A stretch of DNA of 57,054 nucleotides, taken from the NCBI GenBank assembly GCA_009602735.1, contig WELA01000937.1:8155-65208 (forward strand). The letters are read 5' to 3'. The stretch comes from Mesotaenium endlicherianum (lineage: Eukaryota). A program made the translations under genes and the position numbers. Shown piece by piece: positions 1-10,898 of the stretch. The stretch's first letter is position 1; every line of letters starts with the position of its first letter. Under the pieces are notes generated by a model. The model was not told where the DNA came from. It saw only the letters and a list, made by a program, of their open reading frames with translations, and ran no database searches.

Positions 1-331
1 ACCTCGGTTAACCAAATCCACCGCCATCTCCCATCATCCCGAATTGCCATCCATCATAGGGATGTCATCTGGCCATTCATCTAGCATATCGTACTTAGGT
101 GTATGTCAAGGCAGTTCGCTGCTACCGAGTACGGAAGTCAGCTGGCTGTCAAAGAATGGGTCAACAAGCTGACTTATATGGACTTCAGCCTACTGCTTCC
201 GGCTGAGTCATTAAACTGATAATTATGTAAAGTCCAGCAGATTGACTATTAACTAAAGTTCAGCAGGCTGAACTTAATTAACTATTATATTTGAATGAAT
301 ATTATATCTACTAATATACTGATTCATTACA
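1..331 (-). mobile_element. Partial LTR of the main chromovirus family, cut by the window edge and abutting the accessory ORF of another copy
   Basis: Near-identical to 10455-10785 and ends in the same GATTCATTACA terminus; followed directly by accessory-ORF coding sequence rather than a PPT or PBS. Confidence 0.93.
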
Positions 332-790
332 CCCGGGGACGGAGAGGAGGAGGAGTTAGAGGAAGACGAGGAGGAAGGCGAGGAGGAGGACACTAGCCCC
401 GCCGTGATCCTGACGCCTGCCACATCCCTTATAAGGGAGAAGACGGGGTTGGCCATGCAGCAACTCGCTGAAGAGGAGGATATCACTTGGCTGGGGACTG
501 CCAGAGGACAGACCCCATCTCCAGGCAAGGAGACCCAGTCAGACAGGGCAGACAGGAGGGCTGGTCGGGAGATAGCCAGAGGCCTGCCAGCATCTCCCTC
601 GGAGAGAGGGCATGTACCCTTGGCTCATGTCGTGCAACATCCTTCTGGGATGCCGGTATACGTACCTGTCAGTTTGAGGGCTGCCCAGGAGAAGGCTGCC
701 TCCCTCGAGACTGTGCAGGAGGAAAGAGCCCAGTTACTGCGTTCTTCACGGGGTCCTTACACGGAGCCTCCCTCTCTGACAGGCTTTTGA
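332..790 (+). pseudogene. C-terminal fragment of a diverged accessory ORF (element A)
   Basis: Open frame PGDGEEEELEEDEEE...LPASPSERGHVPLAHVVQHPSGMPVYV...LRSSRGP aligns with MPASPSAQGHVPLANVFQHPTGMPVYV...LRSPRGP of ORF 10899-12599. Confidence 0.88.
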
Positions 791-927
791 AGGCCCCAAG
801 ACGGGATGAGGTCTGGCTCCCCTGAGTATAGGGCCTCAGGGACATCTCCCTCCTAATGGCAGTAGGCTGGGGACGGAAGGGACAGTACGCTGTTATTAGT
901 GTTAGTGTTGTCGAGGCGACCACATGA

Positions 928-1663
928 TAAGTTGGAGGGACTGTAATGAATCAGTATATTGGTTGACATAATATTTATTTAAATAATATAGTGAATAAGG
1001 TTCAGCCTGCTGGACTCTAGTTAATGGTCAGTCTGCTGGACTTTATATTTTATATCAGTTTAATGACTCAGCCGGAAGTAGCAGGCTGGTGTCAGCTTAA
1101 GTCAGCTTGCTGACACATTCTTTGACAGCCAGCTGACTTCCGTACTCGGTAGCAGCGAACTGCCTCGATATGCATCTAAGTGTGGTATGCTAGATGAATG
1201 GCCAGATGACATCCCTATGATGGATGGCGATTCGGGATGATGGGAGATGGCGGTGAATTTGGTTAACCGAGGTCCTACCAGTGTGGTTAACTCCCGGGTA
1301 GGCGGTGCCATTGCACTGATCGTTGAACTGTAAACTCATTCCATGTACATATGCTAGGCATTGCTCTCGAGTTCGACATTCGGAAACGAGGCCAACTCTC
1401 TTGTACAGCTTATTGAGAGCGATCTGAATCCAAGGCAAGAAGCCATTGATACGCACTGTCTTCTAACCTTGCTTATGTATGAGTTAACTGATTTGCATTA
1501 TTAATGCTAGTTTACTCTCATTTGATTGACGAGTATTATCCACTGCTAGTGTGTTGTCCTTTGCCGTTTAACCAGTTAACGAAAAATACCATAAAGATTA
1601 CTTGCTGATATAAAGATCTTTTATTAATTGTTAATCGCCTATTCGGTAAGTCGATTCATTTCA
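928..1663 (+). mobile_element. PPT (928-941) and 3' LTR (942-1663) of plus-strand element A
   Basis: TAAGTTGGAGGGAC immediately precedes TGTAATGAATC; the LTR ends GATTCATTTCA and is the reverse complement of the 10066-10785 LTR. Confidence 0.93.
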
Positions 1664-2540
1664 CAATATGAGGTGGTAGGATGAGGTAGCCGTCTAGCCC
1701 ATAGTGGAAGTCATCTGGTTGGACTCGGTCACACTCCTGCTTTTTGTTGGTGACGGTCATCCACCTCCAGTTTGTGGGCTGCTGGTAGTACTGTGGTCCA
1801 TGCTCAGCCGTTTTCAGCTTACAAGAGAACCAGTGGGGAGAGAACATTTGCTGCCCTGCTTCCCTGGTCAAGTACTCCCAGCTCCTCCTCTCAACTTCAT
1901 TGTAAGCTGGCAGTAGTATGAGGTAGAATACCGTATCCTTAAAGCTTACAGGCTGCATGCTCACCATCCTGATGAGTCTCTAATCTCCCACTATTCCAGG
2001 TACTGGAATTGGCTTGTTCTCCAACTCAGCTGCAAGGTACCGGGCTTTGTCTGCTGTATAGCCCACCATCTTGGCATAATCTTCGTAGAGGACCACACCA
2101 GTGTGTGTCTCAATGTACCTATCTAGTGCTTCAGCTCCTTCTCTCTGTAGAAGTGTTGTCTGTTCCAGCTTGTTGATCTTCTGGGCTGCCAGTAATGCTT
2201 CCTTCAAGTTATCAAAGGTTTGGCCACTCACCACAATATATCCGTAAGTGGCTAGGCTCTTCTGCTTGTCAGCTTCAGCCTTTTTCCTTCTCTACTCCTC
2301 TACTGCCGCCGCTTCTTCTTGTTGTTTCTTCTGTCTCTCCTCCTCAGCTTTCCTGAGGTTTTTTGCCTCCTGCTTCTTCTTCCTCTGTGCTTCCTCTGCC
2401 GCCTCTTGTTGTCTGCGGACCCTTTCTTGTTCTCTCCTGGTGAGGAACGTCGCCGCTAACTCATTTTGGTATTGCTCCATTGTCCTCCTGGCTTCTTTTG
2501 CCTTGCGCTTTTTATCTTTCTTTGGTGTGGTGGGGGCCAT
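1664..2540 (-). pseudogene. N-terminal and central part of the accessory ORF of element B (two premature stops, interrupted by element A)
   Basis: ORFs 2292-2564, 1980-2234 and 1656-1967 are one frame with TAG stops; highly similar to the first ~300 residues of ORF 10899-12599; breaks at LPPHI where the LTR of element A ends. Confidence 0.92.
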
Positions 2541-2930
2541 CCTGCACATGTAATTAGGGCACAAGTTAGTAGGACCTCAACCTTTGTCACAGGAGTTGCA
2601 GGAAGAGAAGCAACTTTCTATTTTTATGGTAGGTTTGTTCCCGTTTACCTTCCAGGGTGATTGCTAGGAGTTCACGTAGCTGCAGTGCGATAAAAAATAA
2701 ACGAATGAATGTGTATGCAGGGTGAGTTAAGTGATGTATTGATGTGCGAGTCCCTTTTTCATTCCGCCAACTTTGCTTAATGCGGGCCTGGCTGTCCCAT
2801 CTGTCACTATGCTGACACTTAGGATTCGATAACTGTCCCTTTCTCGCACACTAACTGTCATTTACTTTTCCCTCCAACTTAATTGGAGATAGGACCTTCT
2901 GTCACCTTCCCGTGTCAACTGAAATGACAG

Positions 2931-3422
2931 TTAGTGAGGTGCCCCAGCCGCCCGAAGATAAAACCGTTTCAACGCCCCTTTGGCATGGGTCAAATGGTCC
3001 TTAAATTCCCAAGTATCCCCAGAGGCATCGTGACCCTTCCATCTGACCAGGTATTTCATGTCATATTTAGGTGATCGACGGACAGAGCGAGCTTCCAAAA
3101 TCTCCTCGACCTCATATTCCTCAGGGTCATTATCCCTGACAGCGGGGACCGGTCTCGGTTGGACATGTAACCGACCAGTGAACAGTGTGTCACCTTTGAT
3201 GTATGGTTGCAGGTAGGAGACATTAAAGACCGGGTGACCCTTGTATTCCGCTGACATGTTCAATTTGTAAGCATTCTGACTGACACGGCGCACCACTGAA
3301 TATGGACCGACCCAGACCGGACCAACCTGTTTCTTGACCACACTTGGCAGGTACAGGTGTTGAGAATGCAGTTTGACCAAATTGCCCTTTGAAAATGTCA
3401 GCCCCCGACTGTGTTGATTAGC
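2931..3422 (-). pseudogene. Integrase C-terminus (GPY motif) and chromodomain of element B
   Basis: WVGPYSVV...HPVFNVS and EYEVEEILEARS...[16 protein letters not shown]; near-identical to the end of ORF 12843-15152. Confidence 0.93.
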
Positions 3423-4737
3423 GACCCTTTCAGTTCCTTACCTGGGCCACCATATCGTCCCTGGGGGGTTAACGCCGCAACAAGTTAAGGTCGATGCTAT
3501 TCGGCGACTACCAGTTCCGACGGATGTGTCTAGGTTAAGGGCCTACATGGGGATCACGGGGTATTATTGTTGTTTTTGCCCTGATTTTAGTGCGATTGCG
3601 GCCTCTTTGCATGAACTCCTGGAGAAGGATGTGCCTTGGGAATGGACTCGGGAACGTCAAGTAGCTTTTGACAAATTGAAGGATCTCCTATCCTCTGCCC
3701 CTATCTTACACAGACCAAATTACAGTAAGCCGTTTTTCCTTCACACTGATTGGAGTCATCTCGGTTTGGGGCTGTTCTAGCTCAGGTGGATGAGGAAGGT
3801 CATGAATATGTTGTTGCTTATGCCAGTCGTAGTAACAACTCTGCCGAACGGAATTATAATTCGTATGAAGGAGAATGCTTGGCTGCAGTGTGGGCTGTAG
3901 TGCACTTTCGTCCATACCTCTATGGTACTCACTTCACACTCATCACCGATCACCAACCCCTTAAATGGTTGATGACTAACCAAAAACTCACGAGTAAACA
4001 CGCACGTTGGGCTCTCATACTTCAGGAGTACAATTTCACCATTGAACATAAGGCTGATATAAACTCTAGATTTACTGCTTATAGGACCAAAACGGACACC
4101 ACAATAGCCTATCTTTGAATGCTCATACTAAAATCAGTGCTTATGTGGTACATAAGAGCCATATACTGAATCTACTTTGAGTAAGCAATCTGGCAATGTA
4201 CTTTTTCCATTTTTTCCGGGATTTTTTAGTGTACTTTTTTGTACAACAAGGAAAACACACGTGTGAGGTCCCACAAGTACATTTCTTCTCAGCACAATAT
4301 CCGGAAAAGTACAACTTATTTTTAGGTCCTGATTTTTCCAGCATTTATCCTGATGTAAGGAGGACAGTGCACTTTAGATATATGCAATTCATTTAGTATC
4401 CTAGCTGCAACACCAGCCCAATGTTTGGGACCCAAATTGACACCAAGTTTTTTGGTCATTGGTCCGTTAAGGAATCTAAGGAAATGCATCATGCAGATTT
4501 ATTGTTTGGTGCATAACTTTTACAATTCTTGATGGAAATCATTGAAACAAGTTCAGGCATGCTTGAAATACCTTACACAAGCACTATGAAACATGAAAGC
4601 ACCAAAAACATGTAAAGCGAAAATTATGAGTCTTGTCATGTATGGCTCCATGGCCGACGCGTCGGAAAATCTGGTATATGGCAGATGGTGTGAGGTAAAA
4701 AAAAATTAGTCAGAGAATTATGCACCTTTCATCTATG

Positions 4738-7032
4738 CTACTGTTTAGGAGCACCAGTGGGCAACCTCTTCCTACCACAATCTAGATGCTCTATGTTTCT
4801 GGTAGTGTGAAATTTTTTAAAGCAAGGAGTGGGATGTAAGGCAACATTACATCGTATACACATGAACTGGCACCTCTTCTTCCTTGCTGCAGCTCCTAAG
4901 TCAAAGTACTTAGCACTACACACCACACAGCTTGCCCTTTCTCCTTTCTTCACCTTCTCAGAAAAGTGCCTCCCAGCCCACCTGTGCTCTCCAGCAGCTC
5001 CTGCTGCACTTGACCTGGTCTGCCTGTCGCGAGGATGTACCCACTCCGACATCTCCCTCACTAGTTGCAACATGAACAAGTATCTGTCAGCACTAGGGTG
5101 GGCCAGCTCATACAATATGTATGCATTAGCAATGGCACCATCAAATAAGCCCCAATACAGGCGGTGCCACCACTTCCTAGCTACCTGCTCAGTCTCCACA
5201 GAGTAGTTGTCTCTCAAGCATAACTTGTCAAACTGATCGACCGCGTCTTTGTACATGTTATAGTGCTTCACAATCTCAGGTGCAGGTATAGTCTTAGTCT
5301 CTCCTCCCTTCTGTCTCCTCTCAACCTCAACTACAGTAAGACCTCGACAGTTAGACAAGAGATACACAGGCTTCTTGTCTTGCCAAACTACAGCTACCTG
5401 TTCAGGCCATTCTGACACGAGCGCTGCGAATGACCCTTGCTCCGCCTCTTTCTCTCCTGCAGGTATGTCTAAGACCAGCTGCTTAGTAGGATAGTGCATT
5501 CTATTTACAACTGTGCCTGTTGCTCCATGGCCAAACTCTGACAGTGCTCTCACAAGTACAGGACTTGTGAAGCCTCTATTTAATACAAAGCTGTAAGTCT
5601 GACCCTCTGGCAAAGTGTTGACCATCTCCAAAACAAGAGTGGTATTTCTGCCAGGTCTCTTGACCTTGTCAAATACTACAAAGTTCCAACAATAATATGT
5701 GACACTATCAACCAGTGTGAAAAACTCAATGCCAAATTTGTAAGGCTTCTTAGGACAATACACCGGGACTGGACACTGTCTATTTCTAGTTGGAATAAGT
5801 CTCTCATCGACTGTCATGTGCACACTTGAATCATAGTTTTCCTTGAATGTTCTTTTGAGTAGCTCTATGAAGGGTTGACACTGCCAGAGCTTATACTGGT
5901 TTACAGGACCAAATTGTCATTCTTCCAGTACATGGTGTACCTAGGCAAGGGATTCAATGCCATAGCAATACACAAGCCATGCCATATGATGAGCTCACTA
6001 GTGGTGAGCTGGTTCCATTGCTTTGCACCTTCACTATGTGCATATGCATTGGTTGCAGAAACCATGGAGTCATACCAGTCTATACCAATGAGAAGGCTCA
6101 AAACAGCAAAGGGGCTGAAGTTGTGAAAGTGCCTTGTGCTCACTCTGGCCAGACCTGTGGCCAGAGTGCTGACAGGCTTCACCACCTAAGGTGGAACTTC
6201 ACCTTCAGCAGCAGGCCTCCAGGAGTACTCCTCTCTGTTGGCAGGCTCCTCAACTTCTTCTTCTTCAGCAGCAGCAGGCACCATTGGCTCTCCTTCAGAC
6301 TCCAGCTCCGTGTCTGAGCTGTACTCCTCTTCATCTGAGTGCCTGTTCTTCTTCTTGCTGTAGCCCCTCTTTGCCCTCCTCTTAGCAGTCTCCCTTGCCA
6401 CTACCACCCTGTTCCTTCTCTCTTCCCTGTTAGCAGGCACAGACATGTCTGGTCATGTCTGTTTTGATGGTCTCCCTCTTTTTCGTGTTGACTCTACCGG
6501 TTCTAAGCCTATTTTCGACTCTTCCTCTGTGTCTATTGTGTCTGCTACTGATGTGGGAGTGTCTTCCGGTGGTGTGGGAGTGTCTTTTGGTGGTGTGGGA
6601 GTATCTTCAGGTTCGGGGGGGGTGTTTACAATGCTAGGAGTAACTTCAATCAATGAGAAGCAGGAAGCTGTGAAAGTGGGTCCGAAGAGGCCTCAACTCT
6701 AACAACTCCCTCATATGGGCAAAACCAACAAAATTCGGGGATAGAAGGCATGTATTGTAGTATTTGCCTGCGTCCCGTGTTTTGTACTCTCCATCGTAGC
6801 CAAAATAGATCTTAAACTTGGTTTCTTTGGTCTTATGCACCTCTTCCTCTAATGTTCCGACCAAAAAAAATTCTTTGTAATGCACTCCAAACTCTTGTGC
6901 TGCCCAAGTTTCACCCCAGATCTTACTAGGTGTTAGTATCTTAGTGCCTACAGCTACCGAGGGGCCTGTAGACGAAGAAGCGATGTCAGCCATGGCTTCT
7001 GTAGCATGCAAAGCGAAAGAAATGACAGACAA
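4738..7032 (-). pseudogene. piggyBac transposase (DDE_Tnp_1_7-like core with Cys-rich C-terminal domain) and a long N-terminal extension, disrupted
   Basis: TVDERLIP, YCPKKPYKFGI, NRGFTS (normally D-x-x-FTS), VWQDKKPV, YNMYKDAVDQFD, C-terminal CVVC...CIRC...H...C...H. ORFs 6453-6653, 6186-6446 and 5901-6185 are one frame broken by two stops. Confidence 0.88.
6546..6620 (-). repeat. 21-bp coding tandem repeat (PPEDTPT-like, about 3 copies) in the piggyBac N-terminal region
   Basis: GGTGTGGGAGTGTCTT-type units repeat at a 21-bp period; translation PEPEDTPTPPKDTPTPPEDTPT. Confidence 0.8.
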
Positions 7033-9656
7033 GAAGAGGCCTGTTCAAAGGTCAAAATCGAAACAGAAAGTGACCTCTTTGTGGCCGGCAAACTTACATA
7101 ACTTCGTCATATATTGGCCGTTATGGCTAAAACTAATTTGCCGGAGGGGTTTGAGTTATGACACATCCAATGAGCCTATTTTCAGACAATTCCGATTAAA
7201 AAAAAGTAGGCTAAGGGGGTGTAGAATTTTGCCTAGTTATGGGACATGATTTGGTTCCAGAACCAAAATAGGACCCACAGTATAGCTAGTGTTAAGGAAC
7301 CAGGATGCAGATGGCCTCAGCCGCAACCCTGACCCCTCAGACGTTGATCTCACTGGGGCTTATTTTGCCTCAAGCCAGCAAGAACATATCCGGCCAGCCT
7401 GGCATGCTGCCTATTATCTCGGTCTTCTCCCTACTCCTGTTGGCGCGTGTGCAATCAGCCCGGCTTTCCTCCCGCGTGCAGTGCCTGATGTGTGGTCTGA
7501 TTCTGCTGTGATGGAGTATTTGCGCACTCATACTTGGTCTTCTCCCCTCTCGTCGCGTGAATGAGACCGAGTTTTGCATCGTTGTGTTCGATATCACTGG
7601 CATGAAGGGACTTTGTTACGTGCACCACACCCGAGTCGTCCCACCCCCTCCCGAACGCATACCTCTCATTCGTAAAATCCATGAAGAGTCTGGGCACTTC
7701 GGAGTCAAACGCATGAGTTCTCTTCTGCAAACCGAGTTTTGGTGGGAGGGGTTGGTCACTCAGGTCAGCAATTTTGTTCGTTCATGCACGTTGTGTGACC
7801 GCGTTAAGAACACTTTCAATGCACTCCCCTTCGTTCTCAATCTTCTTCCCCTGCGTGGGCTTTTCTATCGATGGTCACTGGATTTGGCTGGGCCTTTACC
7901 CCTCTCTAAGTGTGGGATGCGTTACATCCTTGTCATGATTGAGCACCTCACCAAGTGGATCGAGTTGGTGAGTATTCCTAATAAGTTCGGTGCCTACATT
8001 GCTAGAGCGTTCACTGAGCGAGTTCTATGTTGCTATGGGGCGTGTGTTGAGGTCCTCACTGATCAAGGGTCAGAGTTTTAGGGTAATTTGGCTAAGTTGC
8101 TTGATAAGTCATTTATTGATCATTGCACTACCTCTCGAGACCACCCTCAGGCTGATGGGCTTGCTGAACGGATAGTCCAGACAGTCAAGCGCAGCATGCG
8201 TAAGTATGCTCTCATGTGTGATGTGTCTGACTGGGATGTACGCATTGCGTGGCTTGCCATGGATTACAACTTCAGCAACCAAGCCTCTTTGCGTTCGTAC
8301 TCACCTTACTTCCTCCTCTATGGTCGAGAACCCCTTCTTCCCTTTGCCATTCATCATCGTGTCAGTACCCATCCACACTGATGATCACGACCTGCTATTG
8401 ACTCACCTCAACGAGAGAGCTGCCTTGTTCTTAAGCACATGCCTATCGCTATGGATAACTTGCTCACTGCTCAATACCGAGACACTCTACGTTATGCTCG
8501 TTTGCGTAGTGGGGTGTACAAGCCACGCATGGTCAAGTTTGAGGGCGGCAATTATGTCTATTTGCATCAGGAAGTGTGAGATACCCTCGACGTTCGTGCT
8601 GGACCTGTGATTCTGCGTGTGCGCACAGTCAGTCCTAATGGGGTCCTTATGCTTGAGGGGTTCGGTGATCGTACCGTTCGTGAGAACATGAAGAATTGCG
8701 CACCATGCCACTTGCCTAATATTGTGCACGAAGTTGACCCACTGAGAGCCACGGTCCCAGCTAATCACCCATGTCAAGGGTGTGATTCTAGTCGTCGTCC
8801 TGCTTCTATGCTGTTGTGCGATTGTTGTAATGTTGGTTGGCACTTGGTTTGTTTGGTTCCACCTTTATTTAAAGTCCCTGAAGGTGATTGGCTTTGCCCT
8901 TTGTGCAGACCACCACCTCTAGCTTAGGACCCCCTCATTACTTCCCCCCTTTTTTGTATTTCCGTCACGTTTCCTTTTCTTTGCGTATACATTGATTTTT
9001 CGTTTGCTTCCGCACCGTCGTTGCAGGTCACCCTTCCCCTTCATGGTGGCTGGAGTCCCTGCTCCACAATTCGCGGAGGCTCCCGCCGCCGATGCTGACG
9101 CCTGCTATCGCAGACGCTCTTCATGGTAGTTTCCTGGAGCGCGCGCGCACGCCTTCTCAGTGGCCCCGAGGTCGTCAGTCGGCCGCGTCGCCCCACCTCT
9201 TTCTCGTTTCAAATTCCTACCCCGTGTCCGTTTGACACGTGTACAACTTGGAGTACCTCCCGCCAGGGTTTTACTCCCTAGCTCTCGAGAGACCATCCAC
9301 ACTTCCGTTGTTCCTGATGATCACATTCCAGCTCCTCCGCGTTCAGCTGCGCTCACAGTATCTTGCCCGCAGCTGGGGGGGGGGTTTTCATAGCTCATTT
9401 TTTGCTCCTTAGGTAGTGCTTAATAGCTCCTCAGTTGCCCACTAGTGCCCATCAGTGCCCAATTCAGACCTCTCGTATTCTCTTTCATTTACAGCTCATA
9501 AGCTGTGGGCTTTTCCCCCTAATAGGGGGGGTTTTTTCCCACGGCACCTAGATTAGCCAGTTCTTGTCCAGTCCTTTAGAGCCACGTACAGTCCTTGCTA
9601 TTTCAGCACTTGTGTAGATAGGGGTGTCGATGCCTAGCGTCTGCCGACGGTCACTG

Positions 9657-10065
9657 TTACGACATGACCCGAGTAAGGAGAGTCATGCGCTTCACGTAAT
9701 AGCACATTTCTGACTTGGCCTTCTGGGACCACAATGCGTCCATTGTGCCACCAAAATCCCTTCTCAAACGTATAGTTTGAGATAGCGCTCCTTTTGTCCA
9801 CACTGCCAATCCTACAAGGTTCAAGACTATGCCCAAGTGATCTAGGAACACCGGATCCTCAACATAGCCATTTTTTATCATTTGATGCAAGTCAAAATCA
9901 TTCAAACATAGCAAGGCCATTTGAGATGGGTTCGTTCAGTTAAACGCGTGGAGGGGTACAGTTGAATCAAGAGTGGCCACCCGTGAAACGTGACCAATTT
10001 GTTTTGAATTCCCCGCCACGGGCCCCATTAGCAAGAGAACAGTATGGGGGATCCAACTTAATGGA
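9657..10065 (-). pseudogene. Old Ty3/gypsy pol remnant (end of RNase H to the start of the integrase zinc finger); left half of the target of the complete element
   Basis: Minus strand reads ADPLSWIP at the LTR junction and EAHDSPYSGH near 9660-9695; continues the RNase H at 18855-19128. Confidence 0.75.
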
Positions 10066-10785
10066 TGGAATGAATCGACTTACCAAATAGGCGATTAACA
10101 ATTAATAAAGATTTTTATATCAGCAAGTAATCTTTATGGTACTTTCCGTTAACTGTTTAACGGCAAAAGGACAACGCACTAGGAGTGAATAATACTCGTC
10201 AGTCAAATGAGAGTAAACTAGCATCAATAATGCAAATCAGTAAACTCATACATAAGCAAGGTTAGAAGACAGTGCGTATCAATGGCTTCTCGCCTTGGAT
10301 TCAGATCTCTCTCAGTAAGCTATACAAGAGAGTTGGCCTCGTTTCCGAATGCCGAACTCGAGAGCAATGCCTAGCATATGTACATGGAATGAGTTTACTG
10401 TTCAACGGTCAGTGCGATGGCACCGCCTACCCGGGAGTTAACCACGTTGGTAGGACCTCGGTTAACCAAATCCACCGCCATCTCCCATCATCCCGAATAG
10501 CCATCCATCATAGGGATGTCATCTGGCTATTCATCTAGCATATCGCACTTAGATGCATATCAAGGCAGTTCGCTGCTACCGAGTACGGAAGTCAGCTGGC
10601 TGTCAAAGAATGTGTCAGCAAGCTGACTTAAGTTGACTTCAGCCTGCTGCTTTCGGCTGAGTCATTAAACTGATAATTATGTAAAGTCCAGCAGACTGAC
10701 TATTAACTAAAGTTCAGCAGGCTGAACTTAATTAACTATTATATTTAAATGAATATTATATCCACTAATATACTGATTCATTACA
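10066..10785 (-). repeat. 3' LTR (720 bp)
   Basis: About 25 differences from the 5' LTR by manual comparison; ~11-bp imperfect inverted termini; adjacent PPT. Confidence 0.96.
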
Positions 10786-10821
10786 ATCCCTCCAACTTAA
10801 CTTGTTGTCGCCTCGACAACA
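10786..10821 (-). promoter_or_regulatory. Polypurine tract (TTAAGTTGGAGGGAT) with an adjacent 8-bp hairpin
   Basis: Abuts the 3' LTR; the same PPT and hairpin occur at 906-941 and 29966-30001. Confidence 0.88.
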
Positions 10822-10898
10822 TTAAACTGCAGAAATTTTAAATAAGGGAACTGAACCTGACCAGCCTCCCTTACTGACTGCCTCTTCAGCGTGTCACC

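Larger units (their letters stand above)
4063..7291 (-). mobile_element. piggyBac-like DNA transposon (degenerate)
   Basis: Right end ...CTAGTG followed by TTAA (7292-7295); left flank ATAA (4059-4062); imperfect ~14-bp terminal inverted repeats (CTCTAGATTTACTG vs CACTAGCTATACTG). Removing the element plus one target copy restores the host RNase H frame EHKADIRNQDADGLSR. Confidence 0.85.
3423..8927 (+). mobile_element. Degenerate non-chromovirus Ty3/gypsy pol (RT C-terminus, RNase H, integrase, C-terminal PHD finger), split by a piggyBac
   Basis: YLGH and LRAYMGITGYY (RT); FLHTDWS, EGECLAAVWAV, TDHQPL (RNase H); HEESGH...CTLC, WSLDLAGP, LTDQGSEF, GLAER (integrase); CQGC...LLCDCC...WHLVC...WLCPLC (C4HC3). 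Several stops and frameshifts. Confidence 0.9.

Noticed and set aside
8928..9656. 3' LTR of the PHD-bearing element
   Set aside because: G-rich PPT-like runs occur (~9376, ~9524), but there is no clear TG start and no second copy in the window to define boundaries.
10272..10538. 88-aa MRINGF... ORF repeated at 1190-1456 and 18341-18607
   Set aside because: It lies inside the LTR, antisense to the element, and starts at GTG; recurrence simply reflects LTR identity.
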